From the sequence record OY723340.1: 9,266 bases of DNA. The stretch is one strand, 5' to 3'. Position 1 is the stretch's first letter. Each line of letters opens with the position of its first letter. Below, piece after piece: positions 7,245 to 9,266 of this stretch. The position numbers were made by a program, and so were the translations under genes. Below the pieces are notes generated by a model. The model was not told the origin of the DNA. It was given only the letters and a program-made list of their open reading frames with translations, and did not search any database.

Positions 7245-7652
7245 AGGCATTAGGTACTGAGGACTCGCAGAGAGGTACTGAGGACATGCACAGAGGACAT
7301 GGCACAGAGGATACGGGCATACAGACCATGCAGATAGGTACTAAGGACTCGCAGACCATAGGTATTAGGTATCTGAGGACACGGATGCCATGATCTGAGG
7401 ACCCCAAGACCTCCAGAAATGGGGTATCTGAGGTATCCCGAGACCTCCCAAAATGGGTGTTTTGGACCCTAAATCACTCGTTTTGGGACCCTTTCTGGGT
7501 GCTCCCAGACCCCTCCCCAATACCATCCCTAAGGTGCTCCTAAGGGATTCGGGCCCGTACCCCTCAGATAGGGTATCCCAGAGGGTGTCGGATTGGGGGT
7601 CTGGAGGTGCTCGGAACCCCTAAATTGTGTGCCCTTAGTGTATAGTAACACA

Positions 7653-7666
7653 CGCGCGCGCGCGCG
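7653..7666. repeat. (CG)7 tract, unit 2 copy (first CG replaced by CA)
   Basis: aacacaCGCGCGCGCGCGCGaagg. It has the same length as unit 1, with g3312 corresponding to a7652. Confidence 0.95.
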
Positions 7667-8086
7667 AAGGGCGGATCCGAGTCAGACAGAAAACGAATGC
7701 ATCATTTTGGACCCTTTTGGAGACATTAGGGGTCTTAATGTGCACATTTGCGACCCCAAAAGGCCCAAAAGTGCCTAAAATGGGTCATTTTATGCCCTTT
7801 TCGGATGCACACAATGGGAATGCCATCGCCGGAGACCATATTCCTTACAGTGACCTTAGGAATATGAGTACGCGAAATCGGGGCAATTATGCCATTTACG
7901 GGTACCCCTAAAATGAGCACTTTTGGACCCCTTTTGGCACCCCTTGGATCCCTCAGTGTACTGGTGGCATGTGCATATCCCCTGATGCCTCTTTATCGAG
8001 GGAATGGGGATACCTGCATACCATACAGTATCTGTGTTACTAGTGGGTATCGGCACACCTCCCAAAACATGTCATTTCAGGACATG

Positions 8087-8760
8087 ATCTAGTCGAGATG
8101 AGCGAATCCACTACTATTGCATATCATGGCATAATGAGCTATACAGAGTACTACAGGTATTGGGGGTATCCCTAATGGCAGCATATGCCCCATTAGAGGT
8201 ATACACCATATCCCCTAGTATCCCTTACAGCACATACCATGGATAGGTACTCATTAGTAGTATAGAATGTGTATGTCATGACACCAAAACACATGTTTCG
8301 AGACATCTGAACACATGGTTTGCACGTATGATCATATACAGTATCTAGTGATATACAGGATACTAGTAGTATGCACGGATGGTATGAGGGGTACGGGATA
8401 CCCCTACATCATAGCCTAACAGCATACACTACGAGTACTATGTATACCATGGATACTACATGCATACTACTACGAGTAGGTACTCATGAGCAGTATCATC
8501 ATGTAAACACATGATTTGATGACATGAATGTATACATCATGAGTAGGTATACACATCTAATACCACTAGTACTACACCATACACACCATTAGTACCATGT
8601 ATCCTATGGTATACAGTACATGGGGAGTACGGGTACCATACCACCATTGCAGAGGTGTATGGAGTACTATGAGTATCTAGAGAGTACTAGTAGTATCATG
8701 TATTGATACATCTAATGACATGAAACACATGGTTTGATGTATCTAATGATGTACTTAATG
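8087..8760. repeat. Satellite-like monomer array (end of unit 2; contracted, then array edge)
   Basis: 8087-8517 equals 3746-4177 at +4341/+4340. It has a single 196-bp monomer (8518-8713) where unit 1 has 595 bp (4178-4772). Confidence 0.75.
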
Positions 8761-9266
8761 GATAGGTATACACATCGTATTAGTGCATAGTATCTCTACA
8801 TGGTCTATACACTGCCATACAGGGAGTGAGGGACCAGGAGGGAGACTATGCACTAGTAGACGATAACGTGACCTTTAACATTACCTACGTATCTATGTAT
8901 ATGCTCTATCCTGTGATGCACACCAATACCACTATCCACTGCAATGCTAGTAGGATGGTATCAGTACTATGCCACTACAGGATGTACTGCATGCATAGCT
9001 ATTACGTGAGTAGGACTATGTACCTATCTACTGTTAGGAATGCAGAGTACGAGTATACTACTACGCATTAGTAGGTATATGTATGATACAGTAGCGGCAT
9101 GATTACTAGGACGTATAGCATGTACGAATCACTGTCTCTATCACTACATGTAGTACTAGTAGTATGTAGAGATGCACACCATACAGTGTACTAGTACTCA
9201 TCATACCATGCAATGTATACAATGGTGGTATGGAATACATGATACAATGGTGGTATGGAATGATGT
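8761..9266. other. Non-duplicated right flank, compositionally satellite-like (GTAC/CATG/TAGTA-rich), no credible gene
   Basis: No collinear match to either unit. The only ORF (8826-9071, 81 aa) has an implausible Y/M/H/T/C-rich translation. The region shares short words with 100-170. Confidence 0.6.
9217..9261. repeat. Direct repeat ATACAATGGTGGTATGGAAT x2 (25-bp period), cut by the window end
   Basis: Exact 20-mers at 9217-9236 and 9242-9261, separated by acatg. The array may continue beyond the window. Confidence 0.9.

Larger units (their letters stand above)
6051..8086. repeat. Long G/C-richer block (unit 2)
   Basis: Copy of 1711-3745 at +4340/+4341. Differences seen by eye: g3312->a7652, a 1-bp A insertion (AAA 3570-3572 vs AAAA 7910-7913), cttagtg->ctcagtg, cctacagacc->cctgcatacc. 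Confidence 0.8.
4776..8716. repeat. Higher-order tandem repeat, unit 2 (3941 bp; lacks 240 bp and ~400 bp relative to unit 1)
   Basis: Collinear with unit 1 (see unit 1). It ends where a third unit would begin (aatgacatgaaacacatggtttgatgt, 8714-8740). Homology then decays and is gone by ~8760. Confidence 0.9.

Noticed and set aside
195-8716. The tandem duplication as an artefact of reading twice around a circular replicon
   Set aside because: The two copies differ by a 240-bp indel, a ~400-bp contraction with a chimeric monomer, two 1-bp indels and about ten substitutions. Non-homologous flanks are present at both ends. Assembly error cannot be fully excluded without reads.
100-9071. ORFs on the six-frame track (up to 121 aa) as protein-coding genes
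   Set aside because: They are short and mutually overlapping on opposite strands, and are duplicated only through DNA repeats. Their composition is biased (Y/H/M/C/W/G/P) with peptide micro-repeats that mirror DNA repeats, e.g. ADRYADRY. I recognise no protein motif and see no consistent upstream ribosome-binding sequence.
1-9266. tRNA, 5S or other rRNA genes, IS elements or transposons
   Set aside because: I saw no cloverleaf-compatible segment with T-loop GTTCGAATC-like or A/B-box sequence, and no recognisable 5S or rRNA conserved stretches. There is no transposase-sized ORF, and the only terminal-inverted-repeat-like match (1725-1743 vs 3717-3739) lies in a low-complexity motif family.

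Overview
This 9,266-nt window appears entirely non-coding and is built almost wholly from nested direct repeats. I call no CDS, tRNA, rRNA, CRISPR array or transposase. No ORF on the track exceeds 121 aa. The ORFs overlap on both strands and recur only because the DNA is duplicated. Their translations are Y/H/M/C/W/G/P-rich and unlike real proteins, and TAG, TGA and TAA all interrupt the one long frame I traced by hand. The dominant structure is two head-to-tail copies of a 4.3-4.6 kb higher-order unit (195-4775 and 4776-8716, phase arbitrary). By eye they are >99% identical over a ~3 kb core (1092-4155 vs 5432-8496). They differ by a 240-bp indel, a ~400-bp contraction, two 1-bp indels and about ten mostly transition substitutions. 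Each unit is a mosaic of four components. (i) Satellite-like monomers of ~190-245 bp, very rich in CATG/GTAC palindromic words. (ii) A 205-bp segment S present twice per unit. (iii) G/C-richer blocks made of short CCAAAA-N6-8-TTTTGG dyads and strand-biased words (AGACCAT, CTGAGGAC). (iv) A sharply bounded 100-133-nt dispersed element whose 64-nt core is identical in two unrelated contexts. Small features include a (GCAGATAGGTAT)4 tract, a (CG)8 tract that differs between units, and an 18-bp perfect palindrome. I cannot name the organism or locus. The architecture fits eukaryote-type satellite, subtelomeric or spacer DNA better than a typical bacterial, archaeal or phage region. I see no evidence for a protein-based system such as a defence system or operon. 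Any novelty would lie at the DNA or RNA structure level, mainly the dispersed element and the dyad arrays. All coordinates come from manual alignment, so block boundaries are approximate.
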